Under the pieces are notes generated by a model. That model saw only the letters and a list, made by a program, of their open reading frames with translations. It was not told the origin of the DNA and did no database searches. Below, one piece after another: positions 12,250 to 24,439 of a DNA stretch of 64,000 nucleotides; within the stretch, counting starts at the first letter, position 1, and every line of letters begins with the position of its first letter. This DNA is from Okamejei kenojei (Eukaryota): assembly GCA_035221665.1 (NCBI GenBank), contig CM069147.1, forward strand, positions 25,544,001 to 25,608,000, in the 5' to 3' direction. The translations under genes were made by a program, and so were the position numbers.

Positions 12250-15200
12250 GAGAAGAGAGGATTCAACGATACAACACGTAAAAGGTAGCTACATTCATAC
12301 ATTATAACCATATAACAATATAACCATATAACAATTACAGCACGGAAACAGGCCCTCTCGGCCCTTCCAGTCCGTGCCGACCATTTGTTTTCCCCTAGTC
12401 CCATCTACCTGCACTCAGACCATACCCCTCCATTCCCTTCACGTCCATATACCTATCCACTTTACTCTTAAATGTTAAAATTGATCCTGCCTCCATCACT
12501 TCTGCTGGAAGCTGATTCCACACAGCCACCACCCTCTGAGTAAAGAAGTTCCCCCTCACGTTACCCCGAAACCTCTGTCCCTTAATTCTCATGTCATGCC
12601 CTCTTGTTTGAATCTTCCCTACCCTCAATGGGAAAAACGTATCCACGTCAACTCTGTCTATCCCTTTCATCATTTTAAAGACCTCAATCAAGCCCCCCCT
12701 TAACCTTCTGCGCTCCAAAGAATAAAGACCTAACTTGTTCAACCTTTCTCTGTAACATAGTTGCTGGAACCCTGGCAGCATTCTAGTAAATCTACTCTGT
12801 ACTCTCTCTATTTTGTTGACATCCTTCCTATAACTAGGCGACCAAAATTGTACACCATACTCCAGAATTGGTCTTACCAATGCCTTGTACAATTTTATCA
12901 TTACTTCCCTACTCCTATATTCAATGCTCGGATTTATAAAGGCCAGCACACCAAAGGCTTTATTTACCACCCTATCTACATGCGATTCCACCTTCAGGGA
13001 ACTATGCACAGTTATTCCTAGATCCCTCTGTTCCACAGCATTCCACAATTCCCTACCATTTACCATGTACGTCCTATTTTGATTTGTCCTGTCAAGATGT
13101 AGTACTTCACACTTATCAGCATTAAACTCCATCTGCCATCTTTCAGCCCCCTTTTCCAAATGGCCCAAATCTCTCTGTAGACTTTGAAAATCTACTTCAT
13201 TATCCACAACACCACCTATCTTAGTATCATCTGCATACTTACTTATCCAATTTTCCACCCCATCATCCAGATCATTGATGTACATGACAAACAACAGTGG
13301 ACCCAACACAGATCCCTGAGGCACCCCACTGGTCACCGGCTTCCAACCCGACAAACAGCCATCCACCATTACTCTCTGACATCTCCCATTCAGCCACTGT
13401 TGAATCCATCTTGCTACTCCGCCATTAACACCCAAAGATTGAACCTTCTTAACCAACCTTCCATGGGGAACCTTGTCAAAGGCCTTACTGAAATCGATAT
13501 AGACAACATCCACTGCTTTACCCTCATCAATTTCCCTAGTTACCGCTTCAAAAAATTCAAGAAGGTTTGTCAAACATGACCTTCCAGGCACAAATCCATG
13601 TTGACTGTTCCTGATCAGACCCTGTTTATCCAGATGCTTATATATATTATCTCTAAGTATCCTTTCCATCAATTTGCCCACCACTGACGTCAAACTAATA
13701 GGTCTATAATTGCTAGGTTTATTCTTTGAACCCTTTTTAAACAATGGAACAACATGCGCAGTACGCCAATCCTCCGGCACTATTCCCGTTTCTAATGACA
13801 TTTGAAATATTTCTGTCATAGCTCCTGCTATTTCTACACTAACTTCCCTCAATGTCCTAGGGAATATCCTGTCAGGACCTGGAGACTTATCCACTTTTAT
13901 ATTTTTCAAAAGTGTCAGTACTTCCTCCTCTTTGAATCTCATAGTTTCCATAGCTACTCTACTCTTTCCCCTTAACTCACCGAGTTCAATATCCTTCTCC
14001 TTGGTGAATACCGAAGAAAAGAAATTGTTCAATATCTCCCCCATCTCTTTTGGCTCTGCAGATAGCTGTCCATTCTGGTTCTCTAATGGTCCAATTTTAT
14101 CCCTCGTTATCCTTTTGCTATTAATATAGCTGTAGAAACCCTTTGGGTTTACTTTCACCTTTCTTGCCAAAGCAACCTCATATCTTCTTTTAGCCTTCCT
14201 AATTTCTTTCTTAAGATTCTTTTTACATTCTTTATACTCCTCTAGCACCTCATTTACTCCATGTCTCCCATAATTATTTATAATTATTTATAATTAATAT
14301 ATATATATGTATATATATATGTGTATATATGTATGTATATGTGTATATATCCTATTATTATGTGGGAAGGAATAATCTTTCCATTTGTTGGGTGCGTACA
14401 CATGGCCCCATCCACTCTAAAAGATGTAACCTCCCGAAGTCTATCGTTGTCAAGGTGTCTGAAATGGCCGACGGGTACACTTCCCGGAATTATACCACCA
14501 TGTGGTCTGCTAGTATGAATCTCAAAAGGAACACTGGTCCTCATTGGAGATGATGATATAACCACGCTACCAAGCTGGAGTTCCAGAAAGGGAAATCAGC
14601 AGCTTACGCCCTAAATCCATTTTCGTGGGGGTACCAACCCAAATACTATCGTACCCGACATTCCCCTTTCTGAAGAAGGGTCTCGACCACGTCACCATAT
14701 GATTACCAGTTTCACCAGAGATGCTGGCTGATCCTCTGAGTTACTTCAACTTTTCGTGTCTGTCTTCGGTTTGTAACCAGTGTCTGCAGTTCCCCGTAAA
14801 ACCTCCACTTTCATGACTCTCACTAATATTTCGGGCAAAGGAAGGCCTGAAGAAGCTATTTGCCTTGTCAGGTAACAGAGGGGACGCGTACAAGTGGGAA
14901 TCAATATTTCAATATGCCCGATGGTCCATGCGATGCTACACGAAGGAAATACAGTCATGTTATGGCCTGTAACTGTTCAACTGGAGACTTTTTTCATGAC
15001 ACCAGATTCCCCACTCGGTAGAATTCATTACCACCTACAATGGTGCATTTTGTGTCTGCGGCCATAGGGCCAATGTCGGGTTGCCCCAGGATTGGGCAAG
15101 CTTGTCTTTCCAGCCTACGTTATGCCTTTTATCTGCGACACTACCTCGTTACCCCTAACGCACTGACCAGGCGGACCGTCACTGAATCTGAAATGTTCCT

Positions 15201-15640
15201 TGTTACTGCAATCTCTTGTTCGGGGTGAGAAAGACCATCAAAGGTGGCGAGAGAGACAATCAAGCTCGCCTCTGCATTAGAAAAGATTATCTATGACATT
15301 GCCATAACTTTCAAGAAATAAATGCGGAGATGATGGCCATCCTGATGATTGGCCTGCAGAACTGAATAGCTTTACATTTCTTCCTAGCAGAAAAAGGAGG
15401 AACCAGTGCCGTCAGAGGATCTGAAAGTTTTTAATTTGACCATGATGCAAGAGATAACATCAGCAATTTGGCTGGCCATATCCGCAAAGACGCAGCCAAA
15501 ATACAGGGCAGTAATACGAGGAGCACATGGTCAAGGTGGGGATGTGCAACGGGAGGGCTGGGATTGATAGGGGCGTCCTTGGTGCAAAGGTAATATGTCT
15601 TCGTTCCCATCATTCTAGTACTCTTCGTGGCTTCATAAAT
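12250..15640 (+). pseudogene. env: Decayed endogenous retrovirus env (gamma/epsilon-type SU-TM), interrupted by a CR1 LINE and a Penelope-derived repeat
   Basis: SU pieces: YISYYY..NNLSICWVRTHGPIHSK (degenerate CWxC, about 14345-14420) and YNGAFCVCGHRA..LPQDW (about 15035). Cleavage and fusion region TRRTVTESEMFLVTAI. Immunosuppressive domain LQN*IALHFFLAEKGGT followed by S-x6-S-F, where each codon is one substitution from TGT (CX6CC), at 15354-15431. Confidence 0.8.
12304..14296 (-). mobile_element. Young 5'-truncated CR1 LINE with uninterrupted RT-to-end ORF2 (617 aa)
   Basis: ORF 12395-14248 contains KSPGPD, NYRPISLTS, DFSKAFDKVPH, GVPQGSVLGP and YADD. 3' tail is (GGTTATAT)n. Nearly identical to the copy at 57902-60457. 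Confidence 0.96.
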
Positions 15641-16554
15641 GTTGCTGATGATGGTGGAACAAAGTATCTCCTTTTTCCCCAAAGCACAGATCCTCGATCA
15701 CCAATAAGGTTTCCGGACACACATATTTGGAATTCAATTACCCTCCAAATAGTGCCTCGCGATCACAAGTGTATTGGATAGTTGCGAAATCATTGTAAAG
15801 GATGTGCACGTGCCTCGTAAACATCGGAGAGAAGTAACAAAGTAACAAAAGTAACAAATAAATCTTGTACTTAAATTATAAGGGAGGGATTTTGAAAAAA
15901 GAGAACCATAAAGGGGGAAGGGAGTAGAGGGCCGAACTGTAATGGGACATTTTACATAGCTGCCTTGGGGGGTGATTGGAAAAAAAAACCCAGAACACGA
16001 CGATGTGCTAAACTGAAGTGCATGATTCACAGCCATTATCAAAACATTCTGATAACGGAGGAATGTTGGGTTAGGTAGTTTAAACGGACAACGCAGAAAA
16101 AAACTGTAAATGATCATGCGATCTTTGTTCTGGTCTTGTTTGTCTGTTCGCAACGGCCGCTGTATAAGGCGCGCTTTGATAAAGTATAGCGTTGACTGCC
16201 TTACCCGATTATTGCGGGTGCATTTTAAAGTGGTTTTCCACACTACATATCAATAAACACGGGTCAAAATGATTATTTTTTGTATGAGAATTGCTTAATT
16301 AAAATAAGTGTACGCACAAATTCTAATAACAACAAATCCTTGTGCAATTGTGTCCCATGATAATATGGCGAGTATTTTCTTTGGCACTAAATATAAACCA
16401 ACAAGTAGATTCGGAGGACTTTTTGATGGGACAATATTGTGGAAAATTATTAGAATTGATATTTCTGTTCAAGCATAACATTATTAATCAATTGACTTAG
16501 TAAAAACAGAATAAAATATTGTTTTTGTTGTCTCGATGCAGCATTTCAATCTCT

Positions 16555-16765
16555 GTGGAGTCTCCGTGGAGTGTGCACGTTCTCCCGGTGACTGCATGTG
16601 TTTTCTCCGGGTAGGCAGGATTGTAGGTTAATTGGCCGCTGTAAATTTTCCTAGTGTGGTGAATTGGACGAGAAAGTGGGATAAACATAGAATGAGTATG
16701 AACGGATGATCAATACACAGCGTGGACTCAGTGAACCAAGAGCCTGTTTCCCTGCTGTATCTCTA
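16555..16765 (+). mobile_element. tRNA-derived SINE (V-SINE/HE1-like), partial
   Basis: Core gtggagtgtgcacgttctcccggtgactgcatgtgttttctccggg and a CR1-like tail gcctgtttccctgctgtatctctaa. Confidence 0.65.
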
Positions 16766-17654
16766 AACATTTAGAAATGTGGTTAGGTTTCGGGTTAGGT
16801 TAAAATTTCTCCCTTCTGTTCTACTTGAAAATCTATCGATTGCTTCATGGTTGTGGGCAAATAAGCAGGCGTTATCGTTTTGATGATAGTCCCATGTATG
16901 CCAAGGTAAACTAACTTTTACACAGACGACAATAATCATATGATACGGAATTAATCTAATCTTGAGATGATATCGGAAATAAGTTCTTGTATTATCTGTT
17001 TAGTTTAACTTCGCATCATGTTCGGAGCAGATATCCTTGGCCAAAAGGCCCGTTCCTCTGATATACTGTCCTGTGTACTTCTCAAAGGCCTTGCTAAAGT
17101 CCATTTAGACGACGTCTATGGCCCTGGCACCAGCAATCTTCTTTGTTGCTTCTTCATAATACTCCGGCAAATTCGTCTCCCGTGCACAAAGCCATGCTTA
17201 CTATATCCACTGAACGGATACAATTCCAAATACAGGTGTATCTCATCCCTCCACTTCACTCTGATTCATTTGTTCACTGTTCTCCATTCTGATTCGATGA
17301 ATCAAACGCGAATCCACATTGGTATTTTCCCAAATATACCTGTGTGTGCTTACGTGTGTCCAGTCGTCTCTTTGTTAATTTGAGCAGTCTCGATCATAAC
17401 TTCTTTGTCTTGCTTTCATTAAGGGAACGGTTATGCCATGATATAAGAAAACATATCTGTCCAGAGTTCCTTAGTCCTTGCAATATGCGGATTTTCATGG
17501 ATTGTTGGGATTCAGACATTGATTGACAACTAGAACACAAGGATGTGACAATACTATAGTATAAACCCTCTAATTCAGGTCAGTACTTTCAACTAATTTT
17601 GGCATTTACTAATCCAGGTCATTACTTTCAACTGCGGCACCCGCCTTGCATATA

Positions 17655-19245
17655 CAGTGGCTTGCAAAAGTTTTCATACCCCTTGAACTTTTCCACATTT
17701 TGTCACGTTGCAACCACAAACCTAAATGTATTTTATTGGGATTTTATGTGATAGACCAACACAAAGTGGTGCATAATTGTGAAGTGGAAGGAAAATGATA
17801 CATGGTTCCAAATTTTATTACAGATGAAAAACTGAAAAGTGTGGTGTGCAAAAGTATTCTGCCCCCCTGAGTCAATACTTTGTAGAACCACCTTTCGCTG
17901 CAATTACAGGTGCAAGTCTTTTGGGGTACGTCTCTAACAGCTTTACACATCTAGAGACTGAAATGTTTGCCCATTCTTCTTTGCAAAGTAGCTCAAGCTC
18001 AGTCAGATTGGATGGAGAGCGTCTTGGCAAGACTTGAAAACAGCAATTTTCAAGTCTTGCCAATTGGATTTAGGTCTGGACTTTGACTGGGCCATTCTTA
18101 CACGTGAATATGCTTTGATCTAAACCATTCCATTGTCGCTCTGGATGTACGCTTAGGGTCGTTGCCCTGCTGGCAGGTGAACCTCTGCCCCAGGCTCAAG
18201 TCTTTTGCAGACTCTAACAGGTTTTGTTCCAAGATTGCCCTGTATTTGGCCCCATCCATCTTCCCATCAACTCTGACCAGCTTCCCTGTCCCTGCTGAAG
18301 AAAAGCATCCCCAAAGCATGATGCTGCCACCACCATGTTTCACAGTGGGGATGGTGTATTCAGGGTGATGTGCAGTGTTAGTTTTCTGCCAAACATAGCG
18401 TTTTGCATTTAGGCCAAAAAACTTCAATTTTGGTCTCATCAGACCAGAGCACCTTTCTCCACATGTATGCTGTGTTCCCCACATGGCTTGTGGCAAACTC
18501 CAAACGGGACTTCTTATGGCTTTGTTTCAACAATTGCTTTCTTCTTGCCACTCTTCCATAAAGGCCCGATTTGTGGAGTGCGCGACCAATAGTTGTCCTG
18601 TGGACAGATTCTCCCACCTGAGCTGTGGATCTCTGCAGCTCCTCCAGAGTTACCTTGGCTGCTTCTCTGATAAATGCTCTCCTTGCCCGGCCTGTCAGTT
18701 TAGGCGGATGGCCATGTCTTGGTAGGTTTACTCTTTCCATTTTCGGATGATGGATTGAACAGTGCTCCGTGATATGTTCAAGGCTTGGGATATTTTTTTA
18801 TAACCTAACCCTGCTTTAAACTTCTCCACAACTTTATCCCTGACCTGTCTGGTGTGTTCCTTGGGCTTCGTGATGCTGTTTGTTCACTAATGTTCTCTAA
18901 CAAACCTCTGAGGCCTTCACAGAACAGCTGTATTCATACTGAGATTAGATTACACACAAGTGGACTCTATTTACTAATTAGGTGACTTCTGAAGGCATTT
19001 GGTTGCACTGGATTTTATTTAGGGGTATCAGCGTATCCCTGAATACTTTTGCACGCCACACTTTTCAGTTTTTAATTTGTAAAAAAAGTTGAAAACCATG
19101 TATCATTTTCCTTCCACTTCACAATTATGCACCACTTTGTGTTGGTCTATCACATAAAATCGCAATAAAATATATTTAGGTTTGTGGTTGCAACGTGACA
19201 AAATGTGGAAAAGTTCAAGGGGTATGAAAAATTTGCAAGCCACTG
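17655..19245 (-). mobile_element. Tc1/mariner DNA transposon with both long TIRs; transposase frameshifted
   Basis: TA|CAGTGGCTTGCAAAAG...TTTGCAAGCCACTG|TA with about 200-bp inverted repeats. Minus-strand fragments [30 protein letters not shown] and WPSQSPDLNPI. Confidence 0.96.
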
Positions 19246-20561
19246 TATATTCCAAATAGTCACAACCATGCAGTTTATTCCGCTGTTTTCCAAATCCTCC
19301 CGTAATTGGAGCAATTGGATTGCTTATGTGAACTGATATACTGATAGTAATTAATCGCTGAACTCCTTTATTAGCAATCAAACAACTTTGCGCAAACTAT
19401 AGAAGCAGGTGTCCGTACCACCCCTGTGAATTCTTCATCGACGTTTACATAGTTTAACCTGTATACATGAATTCCAGCGAGCAATTTCATCGGTTCACCT
19501 AAATATATGTTTTAGGGCGGAGAACGCTATTTGTGCTTTGAAAACCTGCAATAGTCGGTCCAAAGCCCACCATCTGGGCAACAAATCACATGCTATCTGT
19601 TTCACCGTGCCCACCCACCGCCATTCACGTCGGTTATGGAGTTATACAAAACCGTTTGACCAAACCGATGTAACACTGAAAGCTTTTCAGTGGTGGCGAA
19701 AGCAGAAACGCCGACAACAGTCGGCAGAACAAATGCCTCAGGAGCAGCGGTGAAGCAATTTATGCTTGTTTCCTGTTAAACTCGAAGCAATTACACCAGC
19801 AATCTCTGTTGAATAACGAATACCTCCCTCTGTTAAGAACTTTAAGAATGTGTTATCTATTTCTTTGCTAAACTATAGACCAATGGATCTCCCCCTTCTC
19901 ATCTGAAATGATTTCGCAGATATTTCTGCTGAAATGACGCAACTTCCGCACAAGTGTATCGATGTTTTTGCAGAAGCTAACTGAGCAAAATTAGGAATTT
20001 TCTCTTCATCCTGTGCGAAAACTCAAACTGAATTCAGTACGGAGAACAGGGGAATTTCAAAAATCTGGATTAGTGTTTAAATGTCCTCATCATAGCTTGT
20101 GTTAGCTGAAGGACTCGCCGATTACTGGGGTGGAAGCCATAAGGTATGAAATGGGCGGTGCAGTGAGGGGATGGGAAGGGAGCGGGGGGTCATGGTCGGG
20201 GATGGTAGGGATTCGGAATGATGACGTTGAATGGCGGAAAAGGACAGCGAGGGTTGGGGTTTGTAAAATGAGTGGTTTGATTGGGGAGGCGGGGAGTCAA
20301 TTTAGCCCAACTAGATGCAAAACGCAGGGTTTTAGAGCTCATCTACGTTTATTTTGTTTGGTGTATTGCTTTCTCTTCATTCAGTGAAATAGTCCACAGC
20401 CGATGGTGCCGCTGTTGACAGCAATGCAAGTAAATGTAAGTCTCGCCACATCGACAAGAGCCGCGCTGCAGTCACAGAAGAAGGGACGTGCTTCATCGTC
20501 TGACAATTCAACCTTCAGAAACGTCTACTGCTCCGCACGCCCTGTGATCACTTGCTGCAGA

Positions 20562-20617
20562 ATGTTGTCCAGCATTTGCACTTCGCTGTTTCTCGTTTTG
20601 GGGGATAATTTTCACAG
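20562..20617 (+). CDS. Exon 1 (signal peptide) of the VJ-C1 IgSF receptor; +1 frameshift in the G5 run at 20600-20604
   Basis: ATG at 20562 and donor ACAG|gtacat. Removing one G gives MLSSICTSLFLVLGIIFT-G and the phase-1 junction the V exon needs, across a 161-nt intron. Confidence 0.7.
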
Positions 20618-20778
20618 GTACATGGTATCCCCATAAACCTTTTATACAGACTAAAACCTACATCTATTGAAGAGTTCTTTAATGCGTGTCTCTATTTCCA
20701 TTTGCAATTAGCCCTGCTCCTGCGTTTAACCTTCTGGGGTGAAATATTCCTAATCGGGCCTGTTTTTCTTTCCTTTAG

Positions 20779-21099
20779 GGTATGGGAAAACTGCAGACAA
20801 AGTAACTCAATTTCCTCAAGCAGTGAATGTCTCGACGGGCCAAAATGCTTTGTTTCACTGCTCTGTTCCCTTCTTTCGTGAAGGGCCCAGCGTAAGCGTA
20901 CATTGGTGGAAACAGGGTGAGAATGTTTTTTTCATCCCAGACCCTGACGAGAGAACGGTTTCCGGCGTCAGTACTAAATTCAGTGGCTTCCTGAAAATAG
21001 TCAATGTGAGCCGACAGGATGCCGGAGTGTATTATTGTACCATCACCCGCCGGGGCACTTTAGTTGGCAACGGAACCGGGTCGACTTTAGTTGTGTTGG
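20779..21099 (+). CDS. Exon 2: germline-joined VJ-type Ig V domain of a SIRP/NKp30-like receptor
   Basis: Acceptor ttttctttcctttag| and donor G|gtaagt, phase 1/1, 321 nt. Translation [53 protein letters not shown] shows the B-strand C, C-strand W, DxGxYYC and a J-like GxG strand. Confidence 0.95.
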
Positions 21100-21761
21100 G
21101 TAAGTATGTTCAAACGAATGCGATTTCGCGACTGTGATATTGCCCTGCAAGTAACGTGTTTTTTTCAGATTTGAATCATTCATACGACCAGATGAATACT
21201 ATAAATATTGCCAATATACTGTAAATCATACCATAGATGGTCTGCATGTTAATATGTATAAACAATACGTTTTAGCGATATTAATCAAAACGTATCTTAT
21301 GTATTGGAAGTTTATTTCCAAAGCACAGCATAACATTAGTACAATACAGATAGCATTGTAGTGCCCGTTGTGAATACGGAAAAGACATGTGCAATTGGCG
21401 TAGTGGGTGACCCTATATGATTCACCATTTCACCTGCGTTAGATCAAGAGGACTGTTTGTTTTTATATTGGACGTTAGAGTCATTCAATTGTAACCGTGG
21501 CCTCCACATGAATAAGTTTGGACGCTCATGTTGCGAACGAAAAATAGCGAAGAATCGGAACCCAAATTTCCGTCAACATTTCAAATGACCTTCATGGTAT
21601 TCCGGACCTTCCAGCCATAATTCTCATATCACGACCAAATTATATTTTTCAGAATTTTTTATTCACAATGTTTGCAAATGATCGAGGAAATAGTAGCAGC
21701 AGAACATTTACATGTTTGGCATCTACCCGAGACGGCAGTATTACAAGAATGCACCGTCATG

Positions 21762-22580
21762 TTGTAGGAACTACAGATGCTGGTTTAAACCGAAGATAGA
21801 CACAAAATGCCAGCGTCACTCAGCGGGACAGGCAGCATCTCTGGATAGAAGGAATGGGTGACGATTCGGGTCGAGACCGTTCTTCAGACTGTCAGGGGAG
21901 ACGGAGATACAGAGATAAGGATATGTATGGTGTGAAAATGAGACAAAGGGGATGGCGATCAGGAGAAATGTAGAATAGATCATTGTTAGCTAGGAAAAGG
22001 GAACAATAAAGTAAACAGATGAAATGTAATCGAAGACAGTCAGACTAATCGTAGAATTGGGAAAGGGAGGGCGGGGGGGTGGAGAGAATGCGAAGGCAAG
22101 GGTTACTTGAAATTAGAGGCCATTAGTCATACCGCTGGGGTGTAAGCTGCACAAGCGAAATACGAGGTATTGTTCCTCCAATTTGCACTTGGCCTCACTT
22201 TGACAATGGAGGAGGCCCAGGACAAAAAGATCAGTGTGGGAATAGGAGGGGGAGTTAAAGTGTTGGCTAGCGGTGGGATCCCGTTGGAGGTGGCGAAAAT
22301 GCCGGAGAATTATGTACTGTATGCGACGGATGATGGTGTGAACGGTGAGGACTAGGGGGACTATGTCCCTGTTTCGACTGGGGGAGGGGGAGCAAGAGCG
22401 GAGCTGCGGGATATCGAGGAGACCCCAGTGAGGGCATCGTTAATGATGGAAGGGGGTAACTCCTGTTTCCTATTGAATGAAGACATCTCAGATGCCCTGG
22501 TATGGAGCACCTCATCTTGGGCGCAGACGCGGCGTAGACGGAGGAATTGGGAGTAGGAGAAGAGTCTCACAGGACGCAGG
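21762..22580 (-). mobile_element. Penelope-like element remnant in the V-C1 intron
   Basis: ORF 22361-22570 (-) reads YSQFLRLRRVC, the PLE RT C-terminal motif. Degenerate hammerhead motif at about 21857-21890. Confidence 0.8.
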
Positions 22581-22902
22581 ATATATATTTACCATCATGT
22601 TTTTCTTCACCAGACAGCACGAGTAAACGTTATCTCTGATTTAAATTCGGGTATAAAGGTTCCGTTTTCATTATTATAAAAGCATAATAAACGCGCGAAT
22701 CAGCCTCACATTAACCACTCACACTCCACACTCACTAAACATTGACACATACCGGTCACAATGATCTCATGCATCATTCTCGCAAACAACCTGTGCATAG
22801 ACTTAAATTAAAAATTATTGATTTTCAAGCATTTGCCAAGGTATCGTGTCCTTTGGATCATTTTCTACTAATATAAACGTATCACTATACTTTATTCCCT
22901 AG

Positions 22903-23208
22903 TTCCGCCAACTCCATTGAAAATTTACTCTGGAATTCCCGAGAAGGAGGAATTTTTCGTTATTCTCTGCGTGACATCTCCCTTTTACCCAAAGAATATC
23001 AGCTTCATCTGGTATCAAGATGGTAGAAAAACTACAACGGATTTAGTTAATAGCAACAAGCCCACCACAGATGGATTGTATGAAGCTTCCAGCCGATTAA
23101 AAGTGACACAGTATGTCCCGAGCGGCACCGTTTACACCTGCCTTGTGAATCATGTAACCCACCGTGTTCCTGCAATAGCCACTTACGTTGTCATCAACTC
23201 CGACACAG
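22903..23208 (+). CDS. Exon 3: Ig C1-set domain
   Basis: Acceptor tttattccctag| and donor ACAG|gtaaga, phase 1/1, 306 nt. [47 protein letters not shown] carries the C1 signatures FYP and YxCxVxH. Confidence 0.95.
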
Positions 23209-24439
23209 GTAAGACAGGTAAGACTATAGAAAGATACGTGGTTGGAGATTTCACAAAATGTCGCATGATAGGAATTACCGTTAGTCCTGGCCTGAAACTA
23301 TAAAATTTGAATATCCGTATATTATAATTGCATCCGCTCGATTTCCATGTTGTTGCAAATGTTCTCATCAAGTACACGCAAAATTGTCTTTTGACAAATT
23401 AATTGGGAGTTGCTACCTCCAGCATGTCAGGCGCTGCACCCCGAATCTCAAGAAAGCTATTCCCACAAATCTCCTCGATACGGTATAACCGCGGTGTTTC
23501 CATTTTCTTCAGCGGAAATAGATTGCCCCAGTAAAGCATCTCCCGTGACCAATTGCCCTTCATTTCTGCCGAAACGAGAAGACCCCAAACTTCTCCGAAC
23601 TCTTCATTGAACCGGTCACAATGATCTCATCTATCATTCTCGCAAACAACCCTAAATTAAAAATTATTGATTTCCAAGCATTTGCCACGGTATCGTGTCC
23701 TTTGGATCCACTGCTTCATCCATGAAGTTCCACGATCTGCCTTAAATCTTTTATCAGCTTAACAGAATTGTGTAATATGTTTCCTCTTTGCCCTATGCTT
23801 CCAAATTCCTCAAAATATAAGCATATCTTGGCTGATTTGTCCAGTCTAACAACGACCTCCTCACGTCTCCTATTTTTTTATGTAGGGTAAGAGCACTCCC
23901 ATAACAAACACAGAAACAATTCCCCGCCACCGCGAGGGTCAATTGTTTGATTCTAAACAAAATGCCGTGATCCCGATATCCGATTAACATATCTCGCCCT
24001 GCCGCTCTGTCTCTACCGCCGAATAAGTCAACGCAGAGGTGTAAGATAGATACATGAGCTAATATCCGCTCCTTGCCGAAAGGCCAGGGAGCTCAAACGG
24101 TGTCCCTCATTCCCTGAACATGACATAACTTCCTACAGATCAGAAATGTTGCCAATAACTTAACCTTGAAATAAAGTAACACGCTGAAAATATTCTCATT
24201 GACATTCCTGAATTTTAAAGCGAAGTTGTGAGTCGGACAGACGGTTTGCTGTCTCCGATTTAATCAGAAGTATTTCTTATATTGAACTTTCATTTTAATA
24301 AGGAATAAGCGAACACCGACCGGATCGTTTTTTAAAGCTGTTATTCTCGTAGTAAAGTATGAAAACCATTATTTCTCGCATATAAGAATAGGTTCCTAAA
24401 ATGACGCCTGAAAGCATGTTTTATTTTTTGATATATAAT

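Noticed and set aside
16805-16910. Possible decayed TM or tyrosine-motif exon of the upstream paralogue (AGVIVLMIVPC or SPMYAKV before aag|gtaaac)
   Set aside because: There is no AG acceptor after the pyrimidine tract and it needs frameshifts; it cannot be distinguished from chance.
19930-19950. Adjacent ATF/CEBP-like (tgacgcaa) and ETS-like (acttccg) sites as the receptor promoter
   Set aside because: Short motifs about 600 nt from the ATG, expected by chance, with no TSS evidence.
20779-23208. Germline-joined immunoglobulin light chain or TCR gene
   Set aside because: It lacks WYQQ and the FGxG J motif, has no RSS or J segments, and continues into TM and cytoplasmic exons.
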